Shown here in pieces: positions 16,670 through 29,022 of a stretch of 64,000 bases of DNA. Made by a program: the position numbers and the translations under genes. The notes below the pieces were generated by a model that was given only the letters and a program-made list of their open reading frames with translations, was not told the origin of the DNA and did not search any database. The stretch is from contig CAWDSQ010000030.1 in NCBI GenBank assembly GCA_963804955.1, forward strand, positions 192,001 to 256,000, read 5' to 3'. This DNA is from an uncultured delta proteobacterium (GTDB lineage Bacteria > Desulfobacterota > WTBG01 > CAIYCZ01 > CAIRTM01). Position 1 is the first letter of the stretch. Each line of letters opens with the position of its first letter.

Positions 16670-17059
16670 CTATGCGGGTGGTTGCTGATGTGCTGCCAAC
16701 ACTGAGCGCAGCAGTGCTGCCGGCGCCATGCCTGCAAGAGCCGCCAGACAATTGACAACAATATCCCCAAACTGGCAGGTGCGGTACGGTATGAAATACT
16801 GTACGAGCTCCATGCAGGCCCCATACAGGGCGGCAAGCAGGGCGCCTTTTATAAGGCCGCGCGGTACTTTTTTTATGAGAAGGTATGTTCCGGCTATGCA
16901 TGAAAGCGTGCCATAGGCAAGAGCATGGGCTAGCGTGCCGCTGTTGATGTCCCCGCTTACCGAAGGAATTACCGATAAAATAAATATTGCCAGCGCCTCT
17001 ATCAGGCAGGCCGAAAGCCAGAGCCCGGGAGCGCGCAGGTATGAAGTAAGCGGATGCAT
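16670..17059 (-). CDS. VanZ-family membrane protein
   Basis: HALAYGTL, ELVQYFIPYRT, DIVVN; start uncertain. Confidence 0.75.
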   Translation of the reverse strand: MHPLTSYLRAPGLWLSACLIEALAIFILSVIPSVSGDINSGTLAHALAYGTLSCIAGTYLLIKKVPRGLIKGALLAALYGACMELVQYFIPYRTCQFGDIVVNCLAALAGMAPAALLRSVLAAHQQPPA

Positions 17060-17180
17060 CCATAGCTGCATGGCGATACGATAGCATGGATGGCCGGTTG
17101 ATGCAATTGCAGCAACCACCTGTCAGAAGCCATGCTTTCCTCATGGACAGCGCTCAGATGTTTCTGCTATATGGTTTTTT

Positions 17181-18225
17181 ATGGAGAATAAAGCTTCACG
17201 AATTTCCTTTCTTGTGCTGCTGCTGCTTTTGATGGCCGCCTTTGGCGTCATTATTCAGCCCTTTCTCGTATCTGCACTGGTGGCGCTCATCATAACGGTC
17301 ATATGCTGGCCCATTAACCGGCTCTGCATGAAGCTGTGCAAGGGCCGGCGGTATGCCGCGGCAGGGCTGGCCACGCTGCTTGTATCGATCTGCGTTTTGG
17401 GCCCCTTGAGCACCATTATTACCGTTGCGGCCTTTAATGCCGTGGATGCGTTCAAGTCCGTTATCTCGCATCTTGCAGGTCGGCTCGATTGCCGAGGCCC
17501 TTGATCAGGCCAATGTCTGGATTCAGACAAAAGCGGCGGCCCTGCCGCAGTTTATTCCCGCAGATTTCAATATCAGGGCCAAGCTTTTGGGGCTTCTTTC
17601 TTCCATGGGTTCGGTCGTCTATGAGTATTCCCCCAAAGTCTTTACGGCAACGGCTGGTTTTTTTGCCGGCTTTCTTCTGGTTGTGCTTTTTCTCTTTATC
17701 TTTTTTGCCGAGGGAGAGCAGTTAAACGATGCCCTTATGAGCCTGCTGCCCCTTGACCCGCAGCACAAGCAGGTGCTGGCCAAAGAGGTTGCCGGCGTTA
17801 TCACCGGCATATTTGCCGGCATGGTTGTGACAGCCCTGGCACAGGGGATTTTAATCGGCATCGGCTACTGGATTGCGGGCATTGATAACCCGCTGGTGTG
17901 GGGCGTGGTTGCCATCGGGGTGACCCTTATTCCGGTTATCGGCGGTCCGGTCATGTATATACCGCCTGCTATCGCCCTCATTATCGGCGGCAGCATGGGC
18001 AAAGGGATTTTTTTGCTTATCTGGGGCGTAGCCATCGTCTCCATGGCCGACAATGTGATAAAGCCGGTTGTCATGCGCGGTAAGGTCGATGTCCACCCGG
18101 TGCTGCTGGCCCTTGCCATTATCGGCGGCAGCATGTGGCTCGGCGCCATCGGCTTTATCGTCGGGCCGGTCGTGGTGGCCCTGATGCTGGCAATGCTGCG
18201 GATCTATCGCAGGGAGTTTATGTGA
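17181..18225 (+). CDS. AI-2E family transporter (one frameshift near 17480)
   Basis: Two overlapping ORFs make one AI-2E protein: IPVIGG, DNVIKP, VHPVL, GFIVGP. Confidence 0.8.
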
Positions 18226-18227
18226 AA

Positions 18228-19256
18228 TCAGTGTGCCGGCCCGCCAAGCTGGCCGCAGGCTGCATGAATACCCTGGCCGCGCGATGAGCGCATGCGCACA
18301 AAGATGCCTTCACTGGCAAGCCAGGTGCAGAACAGTTTGCAGTTTTCCTCGCCGGGGCTTTCAAACAGTGCCGTCCGAGCCGGGATTATAGCCGATCACA
18401 TTGACCCGCACCGGCAGCCCTTCCAGAAAACGGGCAAGCCGGGCTGCCTGCCCGCGACTGTCATTTACTCCTTTTAAAAGCACGTATTCAATAAAGAAGA
18501 CCCCTTTTTTTCGAAGCGGGTAGGCTTGCAGCGCCTGCTTGAGCAGGGCAAGGGGGTGGACGGCGTTGATGGGCATCAGCTGTGAGCGCAGTTCGTCATC
18601 TGCCGCATTGAGCGATACTGCCAGATTGAGCCCGGGCCAGCCGAGCTCTCCCAGGCGCCGGATGCCATCGGTCAGCCCTGCGGTTGAAATCGTCATATGG
18701 CTGTGGGCAATGTCAAGGCCGCGCTGGTCGCTGAGCACGCGTATGGCCTGCACGACATTATCGAAATTATCAAGCGGCTCACCCATGCCCATGAAGACGA
18801 TATTGTCTATGGCGCGTCCGAGCCCGTGGCGTACGGCATAGACCTGCCCGACTATTTCTTCTGCCGCAAGATTGCGCAGCAGGCCCAATGACCCCGTGCG
18901 GCAGAAGGCGCAGCCCATGCGGCAGCCGGCCTGGCTCGACATGCACAGCGTTGATCTCCTGGGCATGGGAATCCAGACCGATTCCACGCGCAGGCCGTCG
19001 GCAAGAGAAAAAACGATTTTTGTAACTCCGTCCTGCTCAACCACCTCTGCAATAGCCGGAGCGCTGACATCAAAAGCGCTCTGCAGCTCCTGCTTGAGTA
19101 TGCCTGTCCTGCGACAGTTCGGGAGCTTGCTGCGAGGTCGGGATTTCCCTGCTTGAAAACGTGCCGGTAGAGTGCCGCGGCATGAAACATTCCCTTGCCC
19201 CAGCCCTCGTGCAGGGCGGCGGCAAAATCAGTGCAGGTGAGTGAAAAAAGATGCAT
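18228..19256 (-). CDS. rlmN: RlmN-family 23S rRNA/tRNA m2A methyltransferase (frameshifted)
   Basis: CMSSQAGCRMGCAFC, MGMGEP, IEYVLLKGVND. C-terminal RGQGIHAACGQL lies in another frame, stop at 18228. Confidence 0.85.
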
Positions 19257-19304
19257 GGAAGGTTTTCGTCCAGTCGTGCGGGTTGACAGGTCGGAAGCTG
19301 CCTG

Positions 19305-20637
19305 TTACAGCAGATTGCTGGCAAGCTCAGCAAGCACGGATCGTTCGCCTTTTTCAAGATTGACATGGGCGTAGAGCTGCTGGCCATGCATTTTTTCAAT
19401 CAGATAGCTCAGGCCGTTGGAATAGGTGTTGAGGTAGGGGTGGTCGATCTGAAAGATATCGCCGGTAAAGACCATTTTGGTGCCTTCGCCGGCGCGGGTG
19501 ATGATGGTTTTGACCTCATGGGGGGTGAGGTTCTGCGCTTCGTCAACAATGAAATAAATGTGCACCAGGCTTCGGCCTCTGATGTAGGACAGCGGGGAGA
19601 TGACCAGCTTTTCGTCAACGAGAAATTCTTTGATTTTTTTGTTTTTCGTGTCGCTTTCTGAAAACTGGTTTTGTATGACCCCGAGATTGTCATAGAGCGG
19701 CTGCATGTAGGGATCAAGCTTGGACTGTATGTCGCCGGGCAGGTATCCGATGTCCTTGTTGCTCAGGGGCACGACGGGCCGTGCGATGAATATCTGGCGG
19801 TAGTTTTTCCGCCGCTCCAGGGCTCCGGCAAGGGCAAGCAGTGTTTTGCCGGTGCCGGCCTTGCCCGTCAGGGTCACCAGCTGTATGTCGGGATTGGTGA
19901 GCGCGTCAAGCGCGAATATCTGTTCGGCATTGCGCGGCATGATGCCGTAGGCCTGTTTTTTGTCGATGCGGCGCAGCAGCTGCTGCTGCGAGTCAAACAT
20001 GGCAAGAGCGGATTTTTTGCCGTTGCGCATGATGAGGTATTCATTGGAGGCAAAATGGTTTTTTACCGGCAGAAGGCCGGCAGGTGATTTCAAAAGGTTC
20101 ACGGTAAATGCTTTCAATGAGTTCTGACGGCACGTTTTCTTCGATGCGGTGCCCGCTGTAGAGCGCGGCCGGATCCTTGACATGGTCGGTGAAGTAATCC
20201 TGGGCAACAATGCCCACCGATTTTGCCTTCATGCGCAGGTTCACATCTTTGGAAACCAGTATGACCTGGCGGGAGGAGTTTTCCTGCGCCAGGCGATAGG
20301 CAGTGTTCAGAATATGATGATCGGGTTTGCCGGGGGAATAGTTGTGGGCTATGTCTTCATGGAACGGCTGCTCGAGCCGTATGATTATGTTGCCGCGGCT
20401 GGGGCCGATTTTCACCCCGTTGCCAAAGAGTTTGTCGCCGCTCAGCTCGTCAAGGGCGCGCACGAATTCGCGGGCATGGTAGTTGACCGTGCCGCTGCCC
20501 TTTTTGAATTGATCGAGTTCTTCGATCACCGTGATGGGTATGACCACATCATGCTCCTGAAACTGGTGTATGCAGGAGCTGTCATGCAGAATGACATTGG
20601 TGTCGAGGACAAATATTTTATTTTTATGCCGTGCCAT
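19305..20637 (-). CDS. PIN-PhoH (PhoH2) protein (frameshift near 20060)
   Basis: VLDTNV PIN domain, then [24 protein letters not shown] in an adjacent frame. Confidence 0.85.
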
Positions 20638-20714
20638 GCAGATACTGAGTAAATTTTACAACAGCTTATCATGATCAACGGTACTATGCAATAAAACAAC
20701 TCGCTCTATGTGAA

Positions 20715-21855
20715 TTATGCTCTGAAATACCATCCCCGCCGATCCATCAGATACAGCACCAGCCACCATGCCGCAAGATAGCATGCGGCATGCGCAAACG
20801 AGCTTATATCGGTGCGGCCCATCCATGAGGCAAACAGCCGGTCATACAGCCAGAACCAGAGATGTATCGCCTGGCCATCCCTTGTGATGGCGACCGTCAG
20901 CAGTATGCGGGCGGCAATACCCGAGGCGAAAAATAAGAACAGAGCATTGCGCCCCATGATTTGAAAAAACATGCCGGGGCGGCGAAAGTCCCGCACTTCC
21001 AGCAGTTCATGGCAGAGTGCGAAAACCAGAGCGGCCCAGCCTGCCGATACCAGCACATAGGGCACGCTCCAGAGATCCTTGCAGATCGGCTGCCAGAGGC
21101 TTGCAGCAGAGCCGCAGACCAGCACTATGATTCCGGCGCAGACAAGCAGGAGAGACGTTTTTGACGTATGTGGCGACTGTCGCAGAAAGAGTCCTGCCTT
21201 GTAGCCGAGCAGCGCCGTGGCCAGCGCGGATACTGAGCTGAACAGCCCCTCCGGATCAAGCCCTCCGTCATACAGGTGGGGCGCACCGAGAAGCAGCCTG
21301 TCTATGATAAGGGCGGGATTGTTTTCCGGCGACAGGCTGCCTGGAAAACCCGCAAGCACTGCCCCGTATCCGACAAGCAGCAGGGCAATTGTCAGCCACA
21401 GCAGCCGTTCAGACAGCAAGACAATGCAGAGGCTTGCGGCACAATAGACAAGAGCTATGCGCTGCAGTACGCCCATGATGCGCAGGGTGCTGAAGTCGGG
21501 AGGTGCGGCATAGATGATCCATTGCAGCAGGCCGGGGAAGGCGTTCAGGAAAAGTCCCAGCAGGAAAAGAATCAGCGTTCTGCGCAGAATCCGGATGAAA
21601 AAATTCAGCGGCAGCCTGCCGGTATGTGCTGTGCCGGCAAGGGAAAAGGACTGCGAGGCGCCGACGGCAAAAAGAAAAAAGGGGAAAACAAGATCCGCAA
21701 GGCCGTAGCCGGTCCAGCCCGCATGCCGCAGCCAGCGGGAACATGTGCTGCCATGAGCCGGGATTATTGACCAGCACCATGCCGGCAATGGCAATGCCGC
21801 GCAGCATGTCAAGACTGCCAAGGCGGCCGGGGATTGGTTGTGTGCTATCGGGCAT
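20715..21855 (-). CDS. DUF5009 / heparan-alpha-glucosaminide N-acetyltransferase-like membrane protein (frameshifted)
   Basis: SLDMLRGIAIAGMVLVNNPGSW in one frame; HAGWTG, ADLVFPFFLF, GVLQRIAL, DPEGL in another. Confidence 0.8.
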
Positions 21856-22094
21856 AGTGAGAGCTGCCGCCGTTGTTTTTTAAGGATAGTGCTCAGAAGC
21901 AAATCTAGCCGCATTGCAAACAATTGGCAATGGTTTTTCAACAAGGGAAAAAGCACGGAAATGGGCAGCTGTGAAAATAAGCGGGAGGGGCGGGAAAAAA
22001 GAAACGTGAACGTTGCATATGTACAGGTCTCAGCAGGTGCCGGGACTTTAGAACGCAGTATATGCCGGGGCTGCGCGGCATTAAGCCATGGGGG

Positions 22095-22945
22095 TTAGTT
22101 TGTCTTTACAACAATATTGTCAATAAGCCGTGTTTTACCGAAAAATACGGCAAGGGCTACAACCGCATCCCGCCGTATATGGGTGACGTCTTCAAGCGTT
22201 TCAAGATCACAGACTTTTATGTAATCGATTTTTGCCAGCGGCTCTGCGCTGATATGTCTGCCAGACATGCCGGCTGAGCTTGAGCGCGTCGTGCTCTCCC
22301 TGCGCGCACATGTCCCGGATTTCAAAAAGCGACCGTGAGAGAACCAGCGCCGCTGTGCGCTCTTCGGCTGAGAGATATTTATTTCGTGAGCTCATGGCAA
22401 GCCCGTCGGGCTCGCGGACAATGGGCGCTCCGATGATCTCAATATCCACGTCAAGATCGCGCACCATGCGCCGGATGACCTGCAGCTGCTGAAAATCCTT
22501 CTCCCCGAAGACGGCAACATGAGGTTTTGTTGCATTGAAGAGCTTGGTCACAACCGTGGTCACGCCTTCAAAATGCGTCGGCCGCGTTATGCCGCAGAGA
22601 TGCTGCGTCAGCTTGTCTACCCGGACAGCTGTCTGATAGCCTTCCGGGTACATCTCTTCAGGCGTGGGCGCGTACACGCAGTCAGCGCCCTGCCGAGGTG
22701 ACAAGCTTCACATCGCGTTCCATGTCGCGGGGATAGGTTGTATAATCTTCCGTCGGTCCGAACTGCGTGGGGTTGACAAAGATCGTTACAATCACCGTAT
22801 CGGCATGCTCTTTTGCAAGGCGCACGAGACTTAAATGCCCCTCATGCAGATAGCCCATGGTGGGCACGACCGCAACGCGTTGTTGCTGCTGGCGCCGGGC
22901 ATCGCTGTAGCGCTGCATCTCTTGAACGGATTGTATGATCTGCAT
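22095..22945 (-). CDS. panC: Pantoate--beta-alanine ligase (frameshifted)
   Basis: [38 protein letters not shown] across three frames. Confidence 0.9.
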
Positions 22946-22953
22946 ACGGCCTC

Positions 22954-23757
22954 TTATTTAAATGAAAATTCTTCTGAGGGGAATGCGCCCGACTGTACTT
23001 CGTCAACATACTCGGCAACCGCTTTTTTGATGATGTCTTCAAGCTGCACGTACTGCTTCACAAATTTTGGCCTGAATTTACCTGACAGCCCGAGCAGGTC
23101 GTTTATCACCAGCACCTGGCCGTCGCAGTCGGCGCCCGCGCCGATGCCGATGGTCGGAATGGTAAGCGCTGCGGTAATATCGCGGGCAAGGCTTGCAGGC
23201 ACACCCTCGAGAACGACGGCAAAAGCCCCGGCCCTCTCAACAGCCTGCGCATCGGCCATAAGTTTCTGGCGCTGATGCTCCTCTTTGCCCTGCACCTTGT
23301 AGCCGCCCATGCGATGGATCGACTGTGGTGTCAGGCCGATATGGCCCATAACGGGAATATCGATGCGGGTGAGTGCGCTGATGACGTCTTCGGTGTTTTC
23401 TCCGCCTTCGACCTTGACCGCTTCTGCGCCGCCTTCCTTTAATAAGGATGCCGGCATTGCGCCGCGCCTCTTTAAGCGAGACCTGGTAGGACATGAACGG
23501 CATATCGGCAACCACCAGCGCCTGCCTGCGGCCGCGCGCCACAGCCTGCACATGGTGAAGCATGTCCGGCATGGTCACCGGGCAGGGTATTTTCAAGGCC
23601 CATAACCGCGTTGCCGACGGAATCGCCCACCAGCAGTATGTCAACATTGCACCCGTCAAGTATGCGGGCGATCTGGCAGTCGTAGGCAGTGAGCATGCAT
23701 GATTTTTCTGCCCTCATTTTTGAAACGCTGAATGTCAAGAATGGTGATTTTTTTCAT
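22954..23757 (-). CDS. panB: 3-methyl-2-oxobutanoate hydroxymethyltransferase (several frameshifts)
   Basis: [45 protein letters not shown]. Confidence 0.9.
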
Positions 23758-23770
23758 GCGATACTCCTGC

Positions 23771-24220
23771 TCAGTGGATTGTTGCCTTGGGCTCCATGCG
23801 GTCGAACATATCGTCCAGTTCATCGACCATCTTGTCTGCTATTGCACTGTTTACAAAAACCGGGCATTTCATGCGGACGGCAAGAGCCATGGCATCGCTC
23901 GGGCGCGAGTCTATTTCATAGGTTGTGCCGTCAAGGGCAAGATAGATGATGGCAAAAAAGGTATTGTCGCGCAGATCGGTTATCACAATTCGCTCAACAG
24001 TAGCGTTGAGCTGCGTGATAATGCCGGCCATGAGGTCGTGGGTGAGGGGCCTCGGGGTCCATGTCTGCTCAAGTCCCAGGGTTATGGAGCCTCCTTCGAA
24101 CTGACCGACCCATATGGTGAGCACGCGGCCCGTTGCCCGGTCAACCAGCACCACCCGGTATTGACCGGCATTGAAGTCAGGCGTACACTCCTTTATAATG
24201 ACTTCGATCAGCTTTTCCAT
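23771..24220 (-). CDS. Bifunctional nuclease family protein (DUF151)
   Basis: RPLTHDL, IDSRPSDAMALA. Confidence 0.9.
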   Translation of the reverse strand: MEKLIEVIIKECTPDFNAGQYRVVLVDRATGRVLTIWVGQFEGGSITLGLEQTWTPRPLTHDLMAGIITQLNATVERIVITDLRDNTFFAIIYLALDGTTYEIDSRPSDAMALAVRMKCPVFVNSAIADKMVDELDDMFDRMEPKATIH

Positions 24221-25059
24221 TGCAGTGTCTTTCTGTGTATGCGTGCCGCACGTTGTGCAGCCATGCTTTCATATACCTGAGTAATGTACTATAAAATAAC
24301 GGATCGTGCAAAAAAATGTTACCGTGCTGCAGTCGGACAGGTGCGACGGCCGTTCTGATTTCTTTTGAACCTGAACGCAGTTTTTTTACCCGCATCCTTC
24401 AGGGGATATGTGATAAGCCGGTATCTCTTGAAAAGTTGCTGTGCTGCTGCCTGCAGCGCTCAGGAAAACAAGCATAGGAACCAGCGCACCTTTGCCACCG
24501 CATCCTGCAATGGCGTTTTTTTATTACAGCCATCCGTTCGTGCTGAAGCATGCAGGATAGTCGTGGCCTGCTGCACGCAGCATGATTTCTTGCACCAGCT
24601 TGTATTTTTTTATAAGAAAAGTCTCCTGTTTGCAGAATTTTATTTATTAAAATTTATAAAATAAATATATTTTTATTATTTTTTATATTTTAAACTTAAT
24701 TTAATGGCTAGTTATTTTTGATGCAAGCTATAAAAATATATTGACGTAATCCAAGAAGTATAATATTTTTTATTTTTCACCAATAGAGGTTTGACTCTTG
24801 AAGGAGAGCTGATAGTACCCAGCCCGCTGAAATAACCACTTCATGAGCGCTGAGAGCATTGATAACCACATACGTTTTCTGCATCTGGCCCGTGCCGGTC
24901 ATTTTCTTGCACGCACGTGTCTCTCATCTCTCTCGGGCAAAAAGGAAACGCTTTAGCCGAATGGCATGCTAGCCTTTGCTCCTTCAGTACGTGCTGCTCA
25001 AATAAGTTGTATTTTATTGTTGTATTAAGTTACAAATCCTGTTAACATTTTAAGATTAT

Positions 25060-25131
25060 GCTGGCGTAGCTCAATGGCAGAGCAGCTGATTTGTAATCAG
25101 CAGGTTGCGGGTTCAAATCCCATCGCCAGCT
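25060..25131 (+). tRNA. tRNA-Thr(TGT), CCA not encoded
   Basis: Cloverleaf with GCTGGCG/CGCCAGC acceptor stem and anticodon loop TTTGTAA. Confidence 0.95.
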
Positions 25132-25154
25132 TGCTATTGGCTGATACGCATTTT

Positions 25155-25239
25155 GGTGAGGTACCCGAGTGGCCAAAGGGGGCAGACTGTAAATCTGCTG
25201 GCGATGCCTACGAAGGTTCGAATCCTTCCCTCACCACCA
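25155..25239 (+). tRNA. tRNA-Tyr(GTA)
   Basis: Anticodon loop CTGTAAA, long variable arm, CCA end. Confidence 0.95.
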
Positions 25240-25253
25240 GATTTATTTTATGG

Positions 25254-25330
25254 GCGGGAGTAGCTCAGCTGGCTAGAGCATCAGCCTTCCAAGCTGAGGG
25301 TCGCGGGTTCGAATCCCGTTTCCCGCTCCA
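25254..25330 (+). tRNA. tRNA-Gly(TCC)
   Basis: Anticodon loop CTTCCAA, GGTTCGAATCC, CCA end. Confidence 0.95.
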
Positions 25331-25348
25331 TGTGCGATACGCAAAGCG

Positions 25349-25425
25349 GCCCACGTAGCTCAGTAGGTAGAGCACTTCCTTGGTAAGGAAGAGGTTCACC
25401 GGTTCAAGCCCGGTCGTGGGCTCCA
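25349..25425 (+). tRNA. tRNA-Thr(GGT)
   Basis: Anticodon loop TTGGTAA, CCA end; canonical thrU-tyrU-glyT-thrT order before tuf. Confidence 0.95.
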
Positions 25426-25508
25426 TATTGCTTGATTTATAGCTATCAACAACATACGCACGAGCAATTAAAATAAATATAAAAACATATTCTTTTAGGA
25501 GGATAGCG

Positions 25509-26705
25509 ATGGCAAAGAAGAAATTCGAGAGAACCAAGCCGCATGTGAATATAGGGACGATCGGGCACGTTGATCACGGCAAGACGACGCTGACCTCGGC
25601 AATCACGAGGTATCTGGCGATGAAGGGCCAGGCGGCGAAGATGGATTTTGATCAGATCGACAAGGCGCCGGAGGAGAAAGAGCGCGGCGTTACGATATCG
25701 ATAGCGCACATTGAGTATGAGACAGCAAAGCGGCACTATGCGCATATCGACTGTCCGGGCCATGCCGATTATATCAAGAACATGATAACGGGCGCAGCGC
25801 AGATGGACGGCGCGGTGCTGGTCGTGAGCGCGGCTGACGGACCGATGCCCCAGACGCGGGAGCACATACTGCTTGCCCGTCAGGTGCGCGTGCCCAGCAT
25901 GGTGGTATTTCTCAACAAAGTTGACATGGTTGATGATCCCGAGCTGCTGGAGCTGGTTGATCTTGAGATACGGGAGCTGTTGAGCAAGTATGAGTTTCCG
26001 GGCGATGATACGCCGATTATTAAGGGAAGCGCGTTGAAGGCAATGCAGGCCCCTGAGGATGTAAAGCTTGATGAGTACAAGTGCATACAGGAGCTGCTTG
26101 ATGCCTGCGACAGTTTTATACCTGATCCGGTGCGGGACATTGACAAGCCGTTTCTGATGCCGGTGGAGGACGTGTTCACGATATCGGGCCGTGGAACGGT
26201 TGTGACGGGCAGGATTGAGCGCGGCCTGGTGAAGGTGAACGAGGAAGTTGAGATCGTGGGTTTTCGGGATACGCAGAAGACGGTATGTACGGGCGTGGAG
26301 ATGTTCCGCAAGATTCTTGATCAGGGGCAGGCCGGAGATAATGTCGGGCTGCTGCTGCGGGGCACCAAGCGTGATGATGTAGAGCGGGGGCAGGTCGTGG
26401 CAAAGCCGGGATCGATAACGCCGCATACGAAGTTCAAGGCGCAGGTGTATATTCTGGGCAAGGAAGAGGGCGGGAGGCATACGCCGTTTTTCAATAATTA
26501 CCGGCCGCAGTTTTACTTTCGGACGACGGATGTGACCGGGATGGTGCATCTGCCCGAAGGCGTCGAGATGGTGATGCCGGGAGACAATGTGGCAATGGAA
26601 GTGGAGCTTATCACGCCGATAGCGATGGAGAAGGAACTGCGCTTTGCGATACGCGAAGGCGGCAGAACGGTTGGCGCCGGCGTTATCAGTGATATAATTG
26701 CGTAA
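25509..26705 (+). CDS. tuf: Elongation factor Tu (copy 1)
   Basis: [17 protein letters not shown]. Confidence 0.99.
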   Translation: MAKKKFERTKPHVNIGTIGHVDHGKTTLTSAITRYLAMKGQAAKMDFDQIDKAPEEKERGVTISIAHIEYETAKRHYAHIDCPGHADYIKNMITGAAQMDGAVLVVSAADGPMPQTREHILLARQVRVPSMVVFLNKVDMVDDPELLELVDLEIRELLSKYEFPGDDTPIIKGSALKAMQAPEDVKLDEYKCIQELLDACDSFIPDPVRDIDKPFLMPVEDVFTISGRGTVVTGRIERGLVKVNEEVEIVGFRDTQKTVCTGVEMFRKILDQGQAGDNVGLLLRGTKRDDVERGQVVAKPGSITPHTKFKAQVYILGKEEGGRHTPFFNNYRPQFYFRTTDVTGMVHLPEGVEMVMPGDNVAMEVELITPIAMEKELRFAIREGGRTVGAGVISDIIA

Positions 26706-26728
26706 TCTGTTTTGACGGGTTGTGAGCC

Positions 26729-26878
26729 ATGAGAGATATAGTAACGCTGTTGTGTTCGCAGTGCAAGCGCAAGAACTACAATACGACGAAGAATAAAAAG
26801 AAAACGACGGGCAAGCTTGAGTTTAAAAAATACTGCCGTTCTTGCCACTCGCATACAGTGCATAAAGAAGGCAAGTAG
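26729..26878 (+). CDS. rpmG: 50S ribosomal protein L33 (Zn-ribbon form)
   Basis: Manual translation MRDIVTLLCSQCKRKNYNTTKNKK...KKYCRSCHSHTVHKEGK. Confidence 0.95.
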   Translation: MRDIVTLLCSQCKRKNYNTTKNKKKTTGKLEFKKYCRSCHSHTVHKEGK

Positions 26879-26935
26879 TGCAAGCATTGACAGGAGCTTT
26901 GTGCCTCGGTAGGCAACGCCCATTATACTATGTAC

Positions 26936-27012
26936 AGGCCAGTAGCTCTAACGGCTAGAGCACCGGACTCCAAATCCGGGGGCTGAGGGTTCGAATCCCC
27001 CCTGGCCTGCCA
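26936..27012 (+). tRNA. tRNA-Trp(CCA)
   Basis: Anticodon loop CTCCAAA, CCA end, between rpmG and secE. Confidence 0.95.
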
Positions 27013-27035
27013 TACTACTTAAAAAAGGTGGATGA

Positions 27036-27236
27036 GTGGATTTCAAAGGCTTGATTGAAAAGACCAGACAGTTTTACCATGAGGTTCGGGTTGAGCTGAA
27101 AAAAATTTCCTGGCCGCCCCGCAAGGAAACGATGGCCTCCACATCGGTGGTGCTTATTATTGTGGTGATCGTTTCGTGCTTTTTGGGCCTTGTTGATCTG
27201 GGGCTTTCCAAGATTATAAACTCAATTCTGAGCTGA
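27036..27236 (+). CDS. secE: Preprotein translocase SecE
   Basis: ELKKISWP plus one TM helix. Confidence 0.95.
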   Translation: MDFKGLIEKTRQFYHEVRVELKKISWPPRKETMASTSVVLIIVVIVSCFLGLVDLGLSKIINSILS

Positions 27237-27243
27237 GGCCTCC

Positions 27244-27792
27244 ATGTCGAAAAAGTGGTATGTGGTTCACACGTATTCGGGCTATGAGAACAAAGTTAAG
27301 GAAATGCTTGATGAGCGTATCAAGGCCTACAAGATGGAGGACTCTTTTGGTGAAGTCCTGATACCTACAGAGGATGTCGAGGAGATCGTTCGCGGCAAAA
27401 AAGGCGATAAGCAGGTCAAGAAAACGACGCGAAAGTTTTTCCCCGGGTATGTTCTTGTTCAGGTCGATATGAATAATGAAACGTGGCACCTTGTGCGCAA
27501 TACGCCGCGGGTGACCGGTTTTATAGGCGGGAAAATAAGGCCTATCCCGATTCCGGATGACAGCGTCGATGACATGATCGGTAAAATCAGGGAGGGGAAG
27601 CTTCGCCCCAAAGTGATGATGAATTTTGAAAAGGGCGATGACGTAGCGATCATCGAGGGTCCGTTTGCAAGTTTTAACGGTGTTGTCGAAGATGTGAAGC
27701 CGGAAAAAGCGCGATTAAAGGTTCTGATAAGCATATTCGGACGTCAAACACCAATTGAGCTTGAATACTCGCAGGTTAAAAAGATTAATTGA
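27244..27792 (+). CDS. nusG: Transcription factor NusG
   Basis: WYVVHTYSGYE, FPGYVL, KOW motif. Confidence 0.98.
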   Translation: MSKKWYVVHTYSGYENKVKEMLDERIKAYKMEDSFGEVLIPTEDVEEIVRGKKGDKQVKKTTRKFFPGYVLVQVDMNNETWHLVRNTPRVTGFIGGKIRPIPIPDDSVDDMIGKIREGKLRPKVMMNFEKGDDVAIIEGPFASFNGVVEDVKPEKARLKVLISIFGRQTPIELEYSQVKKIN

Positions 27793-27822
27793 AAAAGCAC
27801 GGTGTAGAGAAAAGGGATTTTT

Positions 27823-28248
27823 ATGGCTAAAAAAATAATGACTCAGATTAAATTGCAGATTCCTGCGGGGAAGGCCAATCCATCTCCGCCCGTTGGCCCG
27901 GCGCTCGGTCAGCATGGGGTCAATATCATGGAGTTCTGCAAAGCATATAACGCGCGCACTGCAGACAAAGAAGGACTGATTGTACCGGTTGTTATTACGG
28001 TCTATGCCGACAGGTCTTTTTCTTTTATCACGAAGACCCCTCCCGCATCAGTTCTTTTGAAAAAAGCTGCGGGCATCGTTAAAGGGTCTGGCGAGCCGAA
28101 TAAAAATAAGGTCGGCAAGGTTACCGGGGTTCAGGTCCGTGAAATTGCCCAGGCTAAGATGCCGGACTTGAACTGCAATGATCTTGACATGGCCGTTCGA
28201 ATCGTTGAGGGTACAGCTCGTAGCATGGGCATTGAAATCGCAAACTAA
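27823..28248 (+). CDS. rplK: 50S ribosomal protein L11
   Basis: [15 protein letters not shown]. Confidence 0.98.
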   Translation: MAKKIMTQIKLQIPAGKANPSPPVGPALGQHGVNIMEFCKAYNARTADKEGLIVPVVITVYADRSFSFITKTPPASVLLKKAAGIVKGSGEPNKNKVGKVTGVQVREIAQAKMPDLNCNDLDMAVRIVEGTARSMGIEIAN

Positions 28249-28281
28249 AGTAATGCTTTTTTAGAGTCAGGGTGAACTTAT

Positions 28282-28980
28282 ATGGCACAACATGGCAAAA
28301 AGTACGAACTGGCCCTCGGAAGGGTCGACCGCGGAAAACGATACGGCCTGATGGATGCTATCGGCCTGCTGAAAGATGCGGCATATGCAAAATTTGATGA
28401 GACTGTTGAGTTGGTGGTGCGTCTGGGCGTTGATCCGCGCAAATCCGACCAGATGGTTCGCGGCACCGTGCTGCTTCCCCATGGGATCGGGAAATCGGTC
28501 AAGGTGGTGGTTTTTGCAAAAGGGGAAAAAGAGAAGGAGGCACGCGATGCCGGTGCTGACTATGTAGGCGCAGAGGATCTGGTGGAGAAGATTTCAGGGG
28601 GCTGGCTCGACTTTGACCGTGCTGTTGCAACCCCGGATCTTATGGGGCTTGTCGGCCGCATAGCAAAGGTTCTCGGGCCGCGCGGCCTGATGCCCAATCC
28701 AAAGCTCGGAACGGTTACCCAGAATGTGAAAGACACAGTTGAAGATTTAAAGAAGGGTAAAGTCGAGTTCAGAACGGACAAGGCCGGCAATCTGCATGTT
28801 TCGGTGGGCAAAAAGTCTTTTGATGATCAGAAGCTTTTTGACAATATTTTAGCACTTATTGATACCGTCAATCGCCTGAAGCCGGCGACCAGCAAAGGGC
28901 ATTATCTGAAGAATATCGTGCTTACTTCCACCATGGGCCCCGGGATCAAGGTGGACGTTGGATCATTGAAGGCCAACTGA
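28282..28980 (+). CDS. rplA: 50S ribosomal protein L1
   Basis: [18 protein letters not shown]. Confidence 0.98.
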   Translation: MAQHGKKYELALGRVDRGKRYGLMDAIGLLKDAAYAKFDETVELVVRLGVDPRKSDQMVRGTVLLPHGIGKSVKVVVFAKGEKEKEARDAGADYVGAEDLVEKISGGWLDFDRAVATPDLMGLVGRIAKVLGPRGLMPNPKLGTVTQNVKDTVEDLKKGKVEFRTDKAGNLHVSVGKKSFDDQKLFDNILALIDTVNRLKPATSKGHYLKNIVLTSTMGPGIKVDVGSLKAN

Positions 28981-29022
28981 TAACACGTAACCATTTATTT
29001 TCAAAGTTGATAGGTGACAGCC

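Noticed and set aside
24600..24790. Replication origin in the very AT-rich stretch
   Set aside because: No DnaA-box cluster noticed; better explained as the promoter region between DUF151 and the tRNA-tuf operon.
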